The position numbers were made by a program, and so were the translations under genes. Shown here piece by piece: positions 34,148-44,011 of a DNA stretch of 64,000 nucleotides (positions are counted from its first letter, which is position 1; the number at the start of each line of letters is the position of its first letter). A model generated the notes under the pieces. It did no database searches. It saw only the letters and a program-made list of their open reading frames with translations, and was not told the origin of the DNA. The DNA comes from an uncultured Christensenellaceae bacterium (GTDB lineage: Bacteria > Bacillota > Clostridia > Christensenellales > UBA3700): NCBI GenBank assembly GCA_944380355.1, contig CALWHJ010000001.1, positions 214,739 through 278,738 of the forward strand, in the 5' to 3' direction.

Positions 34148-35188
34148 TCAGGACATAGGAATTCTTACTACAAAGGTCGTACCCTTGCCCTCCTCGCTTT
34201 CAACCTCTATAGTACAGTGCGAGATATCCAGTATTTTCTTTACAAGCGCAAGTCCCAGACCGCTTCCCTCTTTTGCGCGGGAAGTATCCCCCTGATAAAA
34301 TTTGTCGAAAATTCTTTCCTGCACTTCCTTGGACATTCCTATGCCCTCGTCCTTTATTGTCAATACCGCATCCTGTCCGTACTGTTTGAGTATAATATTT
34401 ATATCCCCGCCGTCATTGCTGAATTTGATTGCATTGGAGATAAGATTGAGCCATACCTGCAAAAACAACGCTTCGTCACTGCATATCGTGATTTCGTCGA
34501 GGTCGAGATTTAAATTGATATTTTTTTCTTCCCACTTATTTTCAAGCAGTATGATTGCTTGTCTTATCTGCTCGTCAGCCCTGAATTCGCTTGCTTCGAG
34601 TATGACGTGATTTTCGAGTTTACTCAATCTCAGAATGTTGGAAGTAAGATTCGAAAGGTTGTCTGCCGCCTCTATTATATTGTCGCAATACTCCTTTATC
34701 GCCTTGGGGTCTTTGCACTTCTTGATAATCTCGGCGTGTCCTTTGATGTTTGCCAAAGGCGTCTTGAATTCGTGCGATACGTTTGTCACGAAATCGCTCT
34801 TCAAAATCTTGTTTTTGTCAAGCTCGTGCACCATTACGTTAAAGTTGTGCGTAAGCACGGACATTTCGTCTTTTTTGAGCTCGCCGTTTTTCTTGGTATG
34901 CTCTTTGAGTTGGACGGAAAAATCCCCTTCGGCTACGCGTTTTGTAACGTTAACCAATTCATTGATAGGATTAAGAAAAACTATATTCATTATTGTAGAA
35001 AGCGTGATGCCTATAATAATACTCGATATGGTTGCTATTATTACCGTCCACCACAAATCCTCTATCTTTACTTCAAGCAATAACAAAATCGAATACAGCC
35101 CCGAAAAAATCGCCGACGCCGCTATTATCGTAACAAAGCTGGCTATACTTAATTTGAGCAAAAGCTCCTTTTTGGGTTTTTGTTTCAT
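34148..35188 (-). CDS. sensor histidine kinase with a minimal extracellular loop (intramembrane-sensing type)
   Basis: 346-aa ORF. Two N-terminal TM helices are separated by only a few residues. A HAMP-like linker, H-box (VSHEFKTPLA), N-box and G-box (GSGLGLALV) follow. Confidence 0.85.
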   Translation of the reverse strand: MKQKPKKELLLKLSIASFVTIIAASAIFSGLYSILLLLEVKIEDLWWTVIIATISSIIIGITLSTIMNIVFLNPINELVNVTKRVAEGDFSVQLKEHTKKNGELKKDEMSVLTHNFNVMVHELDKNKILKSDFVTNVSHEFKTPLANIKGHAEIIKKCKDPKAIKEYCDNIIEAADNLSNLTSNILRLSKLENHVILEASEFRADEQIRQAIILLENKWEEKNINLNLDLDEITICSDEALFLQVWLNLISNAIKFSNDGGDINIILKQYGQDAVLTIKDEGIGMSKEVQERIFDKFYQGDTSRAKEGSGLGLALVKKILDISHCTIEVESEEGKGTTFVVRIPMS

Positions 35189-35232
35189 ATTTGCTCCTGT
35201 GTCTGCGAATATTACGCACTTATATTTAGTGA

Positions 35233-35910
35233 TTATTTTTGCTTTTTGACCGCCTTGTATCCCAGCCCTCTTATCGTAACGATTTCAAAATCTTCGTTAT
35301 TCTTAAACTTGTCTCTTATACGGGTGATATGCACGTCTACCGTACGCTCTGCCGAGTCGCTGTCCGCGCCCCAAAATTCCTCCATAAGTTGACTTCTGGT
35401 GAAGATTTTTCCGGGATATGAAAGCAGTTTGTACAAAATATAAAACTCCTTTTGAGGAAGTTCTATTTCTCCTTCAGGCGTGGTAGCCGTCAAAGAATCG
35501 TATGCCAGTACAGTATTGCCTACCACGAGTTTTCTCTCGCTTACTATCTGACTGCGGCGCAACAACGCCCCTACGCGCAAAAGAAGTTCTTGCGTATCTA
35601 TAGGTTTGACCATATAATCGTCGATACCCAGTTCGTAGCCTCTTTTCTTTGCCTCGAAGTCATCCATAGCAGTCATAAAGAGTATCGGCACGTTTGCATT
35701 TAATTCTCTCACCTCTTCGGCAAGCGCAAATCCGTCTTTGACAGGCATCATTATGTCGGATATTATCAAATCGTAATGGTCCTCTTTGAACATCTGAAGC
35801 GCGCTGTCGGCATTGAGTGCCATATAAGCGTCATACCCCTCTTCTTCGAGAGCTTTCCTGACAAGCTTATTGAGTTTGATATCGTCTTCCACTACAAGGA
35901 TTTTAATCAT
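35233..35910 (-). CDS. OmpR-family response regulator
   Basis: 225-aa ORF with a receiver domain (VVEDD, LIISDIMMPVKDG) and a winged-helix domain (RTVDVHITRIRDKF, IRGLGYK). Confidence 0.9.
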   Translation of the reverse strand: MIKILVVEDDIKLNKLVRKALEEEGYDAYMALNADSALQMFKEDHYDLIISDIMMPVKDGFALAEEVRELNANVPILFMTAMDDFEAKKRGYELGIDDYMVKPIDTQELLLRVGALLRRSQIVSERKLVVGNTVLAYDSLTATTPEGEIELPQKEFYILYKLLSYPGKIFTRSQLMEEFWGADSDSAERTVDVHITRIRDKFKNNEDFEIVTIRGLGYKAVKKQK

Positions 35911-36079
35911 ACTCTATCTTTCCTTACTTTCCTTAAAATTTTTAACGTATAATATTATACCACTTTTAAGCGATATTGTAAATAGTTGACTTGAGTTATC
36001 GTATATCCTTATAAACCGTGCCATAACGCGGATTCGATTCCCAAAGCGTTTCGCTTACACATAATAAAGTCTGTAAAAA

Positions 36080-36110
36080 TAAAAAAGAGCTTCGAAAGCT
36101 CTTTTTTATT
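36080..36110. terminator. bidirectional intrinsic terminator
   Basis: aaaaaagagcttcgaaagctctttttt. Confidence 0.65.
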
Positions 36111-36132
36111 TTTACAGTATAGCTTATTGATT

Positions 36133-37113
36133 CTATCTGTCCTCTCTGTAATAGTTCAAACCTATCGCAGTAGGCTCGTCGGGCACTTTTTTCTTTCTTA
36201 CCGACGATATGATAAGTACGAGTGCCGTGATGATAAAAGGCAACGCCTTGTAAAACTCTATCGGTATCTTGCTGAGCCAGCCGAGCGCATTGGGGAACGA
36301 TTCAACAAAAATACCGCGATAAACTTGCAACGTATTGAAGAAACCGAATACAAAAGTGCCAGCGATTGCCCAAAGAGGATTCCATTTGGCGAATATTACA
36401 AGTGCTATAGCTATCCAACCGTAACCGTTTATCCAACAGTTACTGCCTTCAAAAGTTCCGCCCATATTGAGACCCATGCACAATCCACCAACACCCATAA
36501 TTCCGGCACCTATAATAATATTGATATATTTATACGCATTAACGTTAATACCCGCCGCATCTGCCGCCGCAGGATTTTCTCCGATTGCTCTCGTCTTAAG
36601 TCCTGCTTTAGTCTTATACAGATAAATAAAAGCCAATATTGCTATCACAATGCCGAGATATACAAAAATATTATAAGAGAAAAGTTTTTCTCCCACAACA
36701 GGAATTTTAGAAAGCAAAGGAATACCTATAGAATTGTCATAAACTTTTTTGAAGTTACCTCCTAACGTTATCCAGTTACTACTGCAAGCCTTACCTATAA
36801 AGAAGTAGAAGCCTAGGCCGAAAGTCGTTATGGTAAGACCCGTTACGTTTTGGTTTGCCTTGAGCGTAACCGTAAGGAAAGCAAACAATAAACCGAGCAT
36901 TGCCGCCGAAACAAAAGCAAACAGCATAGCAACAAACATACTGTCAGCTTTGCTTCCCACGAGATAGCCTATAATTGCGCCGACCGCCATAATGCCTTCT
37001 ACGCCGAGGTTAAGACTACCCGACTTTTCTGTCATAATTTCACCGACTGTCGCATACAAAAGAGGAATTCCGTAAAGAATTACACTGGCTATAAATAAGC
37101 TTAAAATTTCCAT
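36133..37113 (-). CDS. ABC transporter permease (BMP/nucleoside, CUT2-type)
   Basis: 326-aa polytopic ORF, translationally coupled to the upstream permease gene. Confidence 0.8.
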   Translation of the reverse strand: MEILSLFIASVILYGIPLLYATVGEIMTEKSGSLNLGVEGIMAVGAIIGYLVGSKADSMFVAMLFAFVSAAMLGLLFAFLTVTLKANQNVTGLTITTFGLGFYFFIGKACSSNWITLGGNFKKVYDNSIGIPLLSKIPVVGEKLFSYNIFVYLGIVIAILAFIYLYKTKAGLKTRAIGENPAAADAAGINVNAYKYINIIIGAGIMGVGGLCMGLNMGGTFEGSNCWINGYGWIAIALVIFAKWNPLWAIAGTFVFGFFNTLQVYRGIFVESFPNALGWLSKIPIEFYKALPFIITALVLIISSVRKKKVPDEPTAIGLNYYREDR

Positions 37114-38453
37114 TATTCCTTACCTCCTTCAATTTGCTTGCCAATTTCCGCACAGACTTTAGTTTCTGCAAGTGATTCAGACTCATCGTCAGCATTATGA
37201 CTGACTTCAACAACATTATCCGAATCTTCTGATTTACCGCTTGAGTTTTTATTGAGAGTCAAATCTATAATTTCAAAACCTTGTAATTTTAATTTTGCAA
37301 TTTTTTTAGCTTTAAACTTATCGGTATTGACAACAATCTTATAATTGATAAGGAAGTGTACAGCCAATACGGCAAACAAAATAACACCTTGTAATAGATC
37401 GGCAAAGTTTGCATCGAGATTAGAGTGAGTTGATGATGCAGTCGATATTCCAAATTGCAATACAGCCAGCAAAAATGCAACTAATAATATCCCTAAAGGA
37501 CTTAATTGTCCAAGCCAAGCAACTACTATACCGGTCCAACCTACATCACCTGTAATACTGTCTGACAAAGTATGAGCAGAAGAAGTAATCTTAAATGCAC
37601 CGGCAAGTCCTACGATAAACGCCGAAAGAAATACCGTACGGAGGATTATTCTAGAGACGTTCATACCTGCATATTTTGCGGTATTGTGACTGTCACCTAC
37701 TACACTTATTTCATAGCCCTGCTTGGTTTTCTTGTAATAGATAAAAAGCAAAACTACCAATATAATTCCGATGATAAGCGTCAAATTAATATCGAGTTTA
37801 CCCAGTTTAATACTCCACATTTCAGCATTTTCACTGATTGATGCGTATTTAGGACGTTCGGATTCTTTGTCCAACAAAATATTCCAGCCGCCCTTATTTT
37901 GTCCGAAAAATACTAGCAAATACAACGCGATATAGTTGAACATAAGGGTCAAAAGCGTTTCACTTGTTCCGAACTTAACTTTGAATACCGCAGTGATAAG
38001 TCCGTATATACCAGCGCTGATACCACCCATAAGACACATAAGTATTACAAGGAAAAAACCGTTGATCTTGTCTCCCAACCCTATACCTATACTTGTAGCA
38101 ACAATTGCACCTATTATAAATTGTCCTTCGCCGCCGATATTCCAGAACTTCATTTTGAAAGCAAGCGAAAGTCCCAAAGATGTAATAAGCAAAGGTACAA
38201 AAGTATTTATAAAATTGCTTATAATAGTGGCAGGAATTTTGTTGCCTATTAATCCGATAGTAAAAGTATTGAGATAAAATTCAAACGGATTTACTTTAAG
38301 AAAAGCAAGCAGTATCGCACCTATTATCAACGCTACCAAAATTGCGCCGATATATAAAAGTACAATTTTCCATTTGTCGAGGTTATCACGCTTGGTAACT
38401 CTGAAAAGAGGCTCACTTCTGTGTTTGAGCGAATAGTCAACCTGTTTAGTCAT
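37113..38453 (-). CDS. ABC transporter permease (BMP/nucleoside, CUT2-type) with acidic C-terminal extension
   Basis: 446-aa polytopic ORF whose start overlaps the ATPase gene end. It has a ~70-aa hydrophilic tail. Confidence 0.8.
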   Translation of the reverse strand: MTKQVDYSLKHRSEPLFRVTKRDNLDKWKIVLLYIGAILVALIIGAILLAFLKVNPFEFYLNTFTIGLIGNKIPATIISNFINTFVPLLITSLGLSLAFKMKFWNIGGEGQFIIGAIVATSIGIGLGDKINGFFLVILMCLMGGISAGIYGLITAVFKVKFGTSETLLTLMFNYIALYLLVFFGQNKGGWNILLDKESERPKYASISENAEMWSIKLGKLDINLTLIIGIILVVLLFIYYKKTKQGYEISVVGDSHNTAKYAGMNVSRIILRTVFLSAFIVGLAGAFKITSSAHTLSDSITGDVGWTGIVVAWLGQLSPLGILLVAFLLAVLQFGISTASSTHSNLDANFADLLQGVILFAVLAVHFLINYKIVVNTDKFKAKKIAKLKLQGFEIIDLTLNKNSSGKSEDSDNVVEVSHNADDESESLAETKVCAEIGKQIEGGKE

Positions 38454-40833
38454 TGTCAGCCTCCTTTGTTACGTTCGTTTTCTTTGCCGCTACCGTTTTC
38501 TTTTGACCTGTCTGTGTCTTAACCGTGCTTTTCTTTGCAGTAGCGGTCTTGGCAGTTGTGCCTTTCTTTGTCTGAACGGCTGTCTTAGCTGTTACCGCTT
38601 TTACAGTGCTTGTAGAAGTCTTTTTTACAGACGCAGATTTGACCGACAAATTATTTGTCGAATTAGCCTTCTTACTTTGAGCCGTCGAAGCCTCACTCTT
38701 TGTTTTAGATTTTTTAACGTTTGCCGAGGCTGTCTTCTTCGCCGCGGTGCTCTTTGCTCCGTTTTTTGCCGATGCTGTCTTGGCTTTAATCTCTTTAGCA
38801 GACTTATCTTCCTGCGCTTCTGCGCTCTCGGTTTCCCCCTTTGTTTCTTGTGTCGCGCCTTCGTTCTCGGACGTATCGGATTGCTCTTCTGCGCTCTTTA
38901 CGCCCTCGGTGATTACGCCGTTTTCCTTTTGCTCTGAAAGCTTAGCCGCCTCGGTGTTTTGTCCTTCGTCTTTTTTCTCACCGCCTAAAGATTGTTTGTC
39001 AGGTTCCTTTTTCTCTTCTTCGGTAAGCTGTCCGTCCTCGACTACAGCCTCGGGAATATCTTTGAAAGCCTCGCTCGCAAACATACCCGTCATCATAAGA
39101 CCCAGTCTTTCTTTTGTAGCCATTGCGCCCTCGACAATACCCGTAACTCTTCCGTGACAAAGCACAAGTATTTTATCGCACAGCTGAAGCATTACGTCCA
39201 AGTCCTCGCCTACGAAAAGTATGCCTACGCCGTCCTGCTTCTGTTTATTGAGAATATCGTATATGAGATATGACGAATTGATATCCAAACCTCTTACGGG
39301 ATAAGCCGTAACGATTACCTGAGGAGTCGTTTCGATTTCTCTTCCGAGTAGCACTTTCTGAACGTTACCGCCCGAAAGTCTTCTTACAGGCGTCTTGTCC
39401 GTATCGGGCGTCTGCACGTCGAGCTTTTCGACTACACCCTTTGCCATTGCGCCCGCTTTCTTTCTGTCGACGAAAGGATTGAATTTGTTTCCCCTGTAAG
39501 TCTTGAGCATCATATTGTCGGTGATGTTAAGACTGCCCGCAAGTCCCATACCCAATCTGTCTTCGGGTATAAAAGACATTGCTATGCCGAGATTGATGAT
39601 ATCCAAAGGACTTTTGCCTGATATGGTCTGTCCCATAAATTCTATCGTACCCGACTTGATTTTCTCAAGTCCGGCAATAGCTTCGCACAATTCTTTCTGT
39701 CCGCTTCCCGATATTCCCGCAACGCCGAGAATTTCTCCGCGCCTTACCTTGAAAGACACGTTGTCTATAGCACGCAGATTGTTGGAATTGTTTACGCATA
39801 CGTTTTTGAGTACGAGCATATCCTCGTCAAAATGCGTAACGGGTCTGTCGATATGCAAATCGACTTTTTTGCCTACCATCATTTCGGTAAGCTCCGCCTC
39901 ATTGGTTTCGGAAGTATTGACCGTGCCGATATACTCGCCCTTTCTCAATATGGAAACTCTGTCGCTTATCGACATAACTTCGTTGAGTTTGTGAGTAATA
40001 ATGATAATCGAACAACCTTTCTCTTTCATATTTTTGAGAATAGAGAAAAGTTTTTGAATTTCCTGCTCGGTAAGTACGGCGGTAGGCTCGTCGAGAATAA
40101 GTACCTTTGCACCGTAGAAAAGCACCTTTACTATTTCTACCGTCTGCTTTTCGCTGACAGCCATATCGCAGATACGTTTTTTGGGGTCTATGTCAAAACC
40201 GTAACTCTTGGCAAACTCCTCTATCTTCGTATATCTCGATTTTGTCAAAAATACTTTTTTGCAAACTTTTTTTATGTATTTTCCGCAAGCAACGAAAAAC
40301 TTTTTAAAATTTTCTTTGGCAGTACCGCTTTTTTGCTCCTGCGCGTCTTGTATTATATCGTTTTCTTTGTCAGCGGGATTTGCTTCTGCCAACAAATCGT
40401 TGTTTTCATCTTTAACGGTTTGAGAATTCTCTTGGCAAACGGCTGTTATGCCCTCTTGCTCATTTACTCTCTCCTGATTTTCTTTAGACTTTCCGTCTTC
40501 GTCCGGCTGATGGTATCCCAGCCAAATATTATCCGCTACCGAAAACTTTTCAATAAGCTTGTAATGCTGGTGTACCATACCAATACCCAGCCTTTTACTG
40601 TCCTCGGGGGAATCTATATATACCTTTTTACCGTCAATAAAAATCTGACCTTTGTCGGGACGGTATATGCCCGACAGCATATTCATAAGCGTAGTCTTAC
40701 CGCTTCCGTTTTCGCCAAGCAAAGCCAAAATCTCGCCCTTTTTAAGGTCGAGGTTTATGTTGCTGTTGGCTACTACGCTACCGAATGTCTTGGTAATGCC
40801 CTTTAACTGTATAGCATACTCTTCCTGTGCCAT
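38446..40833 (-). CDS. tandem-domain ABC ATPase (CUT2/nucleoside type) with an internal low-complexity insertion and a long Lys/Ala/Thr-rich C-terminal tail
   Basis: 795-aa ORF. Its motifs are GENGSGKT, ILDEPT, GISGSGQ, LSGGNVQK and VGEDLD. It has an ~80-aa acidic insertion in domain 1 and a ~200-aa low-complexity tail. Confidence 0.9.
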   Translation of the reverse strand: MAQEEYAIQLKGITKTFGSVVANSNINLDLKKGEILALLGENGSGKTTLMNMLSGIYRPDKGQIFIDGKKVYIDSPEDSKRLGIGMVHQHYKLIEKFSVADNIWLGYHQPDEDGKSKENQERVNEQEGITAVCQENSQTVKDENNDLLAEANPADKENDIIQDAQEQKSGTAKENFKKFFVACGKYIKKVCKKVFLTKSRYTKIEEFAKSYGFDIDPKKRICDMAVSEKQTVEIVKVLFYGAKVLILDEPTAVLTEQEIQKLFSILKNMKEKGCSIIIITHKLNEVMSISDRVSILRKGEYIGTVNTSETNEAELTEMMVGKKVDLHIDRPVTHFDEDMLVLKNVCVNNSNNLRAIDNVSFKVRRGEILGVAGISGSGQKELCEAIAGLEKIKSGTIEFMGQTISGKSPLDIINLGIAMSFIPEDRLGMGLAGSLNITDNMMLKTYRGNKFNPFVDRKKAGAMAKGVVEKLDVQTPDTDKTPVRRLSGGNVQKVLLGREIETTPQVIVTAYPVRGLDINSSYLIYDILNKQKQDGVGILFVGEDLDVMLQLCDKILVLCHGRVTGIVEGAMATKERLGLMMTGMFASEAFKDIPEAVVEDGQLTEEEKKEPDKQSLGGEKKDEGQNTEAAKLSEQKENGVITEGVKSAEEQSDTSENEGATQETKGETESAEAQEDKSAKEIKAKTASAKNGAKSTAAKKTASANVKKSKTKSEASTAQSKKANSTNNLSVKSASVKKTSTSTVKAVTAKTAVQTKKGTTAKTATAKKSTVKTQTGQKKTVAAKKTNVTKEADND

Positions 40834-40847
40834 ATCATCCTCTTAAA

Positions 40848-40884
40848 AAAATTGCTATACTACCCGAAAATTCGGGTAGTATAG
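40848..40884 (-). terminator. intra-operon hairpin/partial terminator between the binding-protein gene and the ATPase gene
   Basis: A 14-bp perfect stem ctatactacccgaa/ttcgggtagtatag is followed on the minus strand by caattttttt and then the ATPase RBS. Confidence 0.55.
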
Positions 40885-40906
40885 TGTGCATCCTAATTAA
40901 TTTATT

Positions 40907-42091
40907 TTAGGAAACTTCTTTTACGCCTTCTACAAGGTAATTCATTGTACCTGTGATAACACTGTCATCAACAGATGCGCCGCCGGCTTCCACGATAACT
41001 ACACCGGCATTGGTCTTCAAAGCTGCATCAGTCTTAGTAATGGTACCGTCTGAAGCGATAGAAAGTTTAACGCCGCTGAATACATCCCATTCACCATTGA
41101 TGATAAGTTCTGTAACAGCGTCAATAGCTTCTTGAGTTCCGTCTGCACAGTTATCTGACAATGCCGAAACACCTACGAGACCGTCTGTAAGGCCCTTATA
41201 ATATACTTTACCTACTTTTTCCATAAAGTTTTCTTTACCAGACATAGCTTCTTTTATGGCAGTAGTATAGTAAACATCCCAATGCCATACAGTAGCCGTC
41301 AAGTGAGCTTTAGGAGCGTCTTTTGTCATATCAGAGTTATATCCACAACCGAAAGCACCTCTGTCCTGAGCAGCAATTTGAGGTTGTGCGCTGTCACAGT
41401 GCTGAGAAATTACTCCGCAACCCAAATCCAACAAAGCGTCAGCAGTTTTTCTTTCAAGGTCAATGTTACCCCAAGTACCCAAAGATTTTGCATATACTTC
41501 AGCTTCAGGATATACTGATTGAGCACCCATAGCAAATGCATTGATACCGCTTGCAGTTTCAGCCGTTGCGGTTGTGAAAGCAGCTACATAACCGATTTTA
41601 TTATTGTTAATTTCTTTTGCCTTAAGACCTGCGGCAATACCTGCAAGATATCTTGCCTGATATATTCTGCCGAAGTAATTGTTGAAGTTGGTGTCGTTGG
41701 ACTTATAACCCGTAGCGTGAGTAAATATTACATCGGGGTACTTTTCTGCAGCCTCTTCCATAGCGTCCATGTAGCCATACGATATACCTATAATCATATC
41801 GCAACCTTTACCTACCAAGTTGTCGATAGCGGTTCTTGTAGCATCCATATCGGTATCAGGAATATTGTCCTCAATAATGAGCTGGCTGTCTTTCAACCCG
41901 AGAGTTTCCATTGCCTTCTTGATTCCAGAATGATGCGCATAAGTGTATCCGGTATCTTCGTTTTGGCTGGTAATGTAAACCGCACCAATTGTAAATTCGT
42001 CTTCGCCGTCAAAATCGCAACCTGCAAAAACAATAGCCATTGAAGCTACCATTGCGACTACCAACAACGAAATGATGATTGTCTTTTTCAT
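40907..42091 (-). CDS. BMP-family (PnrA/TmpC-like) ABC substrate-binding lipoprotein
   Basis: The start is set at ATG 42091 (MKKTIII), with AGGAGG upstream. It has the lipobox VFAGC and BMP-family sequence character. The track ORF is N-terminally over-extended. Confidence 0.8.
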   Translation of the reverse strand: MKKTIIISLLVVAMVASMAIVFAGCDFDGEDEFTIGAVYITSQNEDTGYTYAHHSGIKKAMETLGLKDSQLIIEDNIPDTDMDATRTAIDNLVGKGCDMIIGISYGYMDAMEEAAEKYPDVIFTHATGYKSNDTNFNNYFGRIYQARYLAGIAAGLKAKEINNNKIGYVAAFTTATAETASGINAFAMGAQSVYPEAEVYAKSLGTWGNIDLERKTADALLDLGCGVISQHCDSAQPQIAAQDRGAFGCGYNSDMTKDAPKAHLTATVWHWDVYYTTAIKEAMSGKENFMEKVGKVYYKGLTDGLVGVSALSDNCADGTQEAIDAVTELIINGEWDVFSGVKLSIASDGTITKTDAALKTNAGVVIVEAGGASVDDSVITGTMNYLVEGVKEVS

Positions 42092-42113
42092 ATTGTGCCT
42101 CCTAAAAATTTTA

Positions 42114-42146
42114 ATAAAAAAAGTGGCAGTATAAAGAATACTGTCA
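42114..42146 (-). terminator. leader terminator (attenuator candidate) just upstream of the binding-protein RBS
   Basis: On the minus strand, gtgacagta-ttctttA-tactgccac (8 of 9 pairs) plus a run of seven U, about 25 nt before the RBS. Confidence 0.5.
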
Positions 42147-42346
42147 CAGATTTTCCTTATCGGTTGCAATAAAGCGTAGAATACGCTCCGTGAGCTATGT
42201 TGTGATTATACGCGATACTTTCTGTCGTATCGGCAGAAAAGGCGTGCTTGTCAAAAGAGCGTTTGCCAACGCTTGTCGCAAAGATAATATAACTGTCCGA
42301 CAAAAATGCTCTTCCCACAGCCGTCCCTCTTTTGTGTTCTGATATA

Positions 42347-42375
42347 ATTTTACTTAAATTATATAAAGAAGTCAA
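42347..42375 (-). promoter_or_regulatory. sigma-70 promoter of the nucleoside ABC operon
   Basis: On the minus strand, TTGACT, a 17-nt spacer, then TAAAAT. This implies a ~250-nt leader. Confidence 0.45.
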
Positions 42376-42408
42376 CCTATTGACGACAATTGCAATAAAT
42401 TGTATTTG

Positions 42409-43956
42409 TCAAAACTCTATATCGAAAACTTTGTCGCAGAGTTTTTCGGCATACATAGGTTCGTGGCTGACGAGAATAATCGCGCCTTCGTATTGCTCCA
42501 AAGCCTCGAACAAGGCTTCCTTAGCCGACACGTCGAGGTGGTTTGTAGGCTCGTCGAGTATGAGAATATTGCTCTCCTTCTGCATAAGCGCGCACAGCTT
42601 TATTTTTACTTGCTCGCCTCCCGAAAGATTGCCTACGCTCTTGGTGGCAAGGTCGTTTTTTATTCCTACTCTGGCAAGCTGATTTCTTATCTCCTTTTGC
42701 GACATCTTGGGATAGGTTTCGTTCATAAAAGTTATCGCGTTGATTTCCTTGCTTCTGAAGACAAGGTCCTGCTCGATATAATTTACCTTTGCGCTGGGAT
42801 TAAAGGAAAATCCACCTTTTATGGCGGGAAGACGGCGCATTATCGTCTTTAGTATGGTGGTTTTTCCCAGACCGTTAGTACCTCTCAGCCACATTTTATC
42901 GGTGCTTGAAAGCTCAAACGATATAGGAGGCAAAATTGCTTTGCCGTCATATCCCACTTCGAGATTTTTGACATCGAGAAGATGCTTCGTAACAAGCAAA
43001 GTATAGGGAAAATCGAATGTGGGTTTTTCAAACGAAACGGGCTTTTGCATTACGTCCATTCTGTCGAGCATTTTCTTGCGGCTGTTTGCCATACCGGCGG
43101 TAGCCGCTCTTGCCTTGTTACGCGCAATATAGTCTTCCATCTTTTTGATTTCTCTCTGCTGACGCTCGTAACTGTCCGCATACTGCTTGGCATTCTGCTC
43201 GTGCTGAAGCAAAAATTCGTCGTAATTTCCCCAGTATTTTTTAATCATACCGTTTTCGATATTGACTATTATTTTGCACACGCTGTTGAGGAAAGACGTA
43301 TCGTGCGATATGAGTATAAAAGTACCTTTGAAAGTATCGAGATACTTTCTCAGCCATTCTATCTGCTCAAGGTCGAGGAAGTTGGTAGGCTCGTCGAGAA
43401 GCATTACGTCAAGCTCTTCGAGAAGAAGTTTTGCAAGCATAAGTTTTGCTCTCTGACCGCCGCTCAGATGAGATATGACCGTGTCGTATCCGAAATTATT
43501 GACGCCCAGTCCGTTGGCAACTTTTTTTATCTGCGAATCCAAATCGTAAAATCCGCTCTCGTCGAGTTTTTCCTGCATAGCCGCCGAGCGGTTTACCATT
43601 TTATCGAGCTTATCCATATCCTCTTCGGTAGCCATATCGGTATAAAGTTTTTCGAGTTTTTCGTTGAGCTCGTAAAGATAATCGAAAGCGGTGCGCAAAT
43701 ACTGCATAACCGTCTGCGACCTGTCAATATTAGCGTGCTGGTCAAGATAACCCCAACGAATTCCGCTCAGCCACTTGACTTCGCCCGCGTCCTGCGACAG
43801 CTTGCCCGTAACTATATTCATAAAAGTGGATTTACCCGCACCGTTAAGACCTACTATGCCTACGTGTTCGCCGTTGTTTATCGACAAATCGGCATCGTTG
43901 AAAAGCGTCTTGGAATCGAATATGTGCGTCAATCCTTTTATTGTAAGTACACTCAT
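42409..43956 (-). CDS. ABC-F family ATPase (no transmembrane domain)
   Basis: 515-aa ORF with two ABC domains (GLNGAGKST, LSGGQRAK; GTNGLGKTT, LSGGEQVK) joined by a charged linker. Confidence 0.85.
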   Translation of the reverse strand: MSVLTIKGLTHIFDSKTLFNDADLSINNGEHVGIVGLNGAGKSTFMNIVTGKLSQDAGEVKWLSGIRWGYLDQHANIDRSQTVMQYLRTAFDYLYELNEKLEKLYTDMATEEDMDKLDKMVNRSAAMQEKLDESGFYDLDSQIKKVANGLGVNNFGYDTVISHLSGGQRAKLMLAKLLLEELDVMLLDEPTNFLDLEQIEWLRKYLDTFKGTFILISHDTSFLNSVCKIIVNIENGMIKKYWGNYDEFLLQHEQNAKQYADSYERQQREIKKMEDYIARNKARAATAGMANSRKKMLDRMDVMQKPVSFEKPTFDFPYTLLVTKHLLDVKNLEVGYDGKAILPPISFELSSTDKMWLRGTNGLGKTTILKTIMRRLPAIKGGFSFNPSAKVNYIEQDLVFRSKEINAITFMNETYPKMSQKEIRNQLARVGIKNDLATKSVGNLSGGEQVKIKLCALMQKESNILILDEPTNHLDVSAKEALFEALEQYEGAIILVSHEPMYAEKLCDKVFDIEF

Positions 43957-44011
43957 TTATCTCTCCGTCAAAAAGGGCTTTTGTAATAGCAAAAGTCCTT
44001 TAATGTTGATA

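Noticed and set aside
38446-39100. Possibility that the K/A/T-rich 3' part of the ABC ATPase gene is a separate histone-like gene or a frameshift artefact.
   Set aside because: The frame is continuous from the second ABC domain with no internal start or RBS. The downstream permease start overlaps its stop in the usual coupled fashion. An artefact cannot be excluded without reads, so it is kept as a finding rather than a separate feature.
42157-42375. 72-aa ORF in the leader of the BMP operon.
   Set aside because: It starts upstream of the inferred transcription start, lacks an RBS, and has odd composition. The region is better explained as a structured 5' leader.
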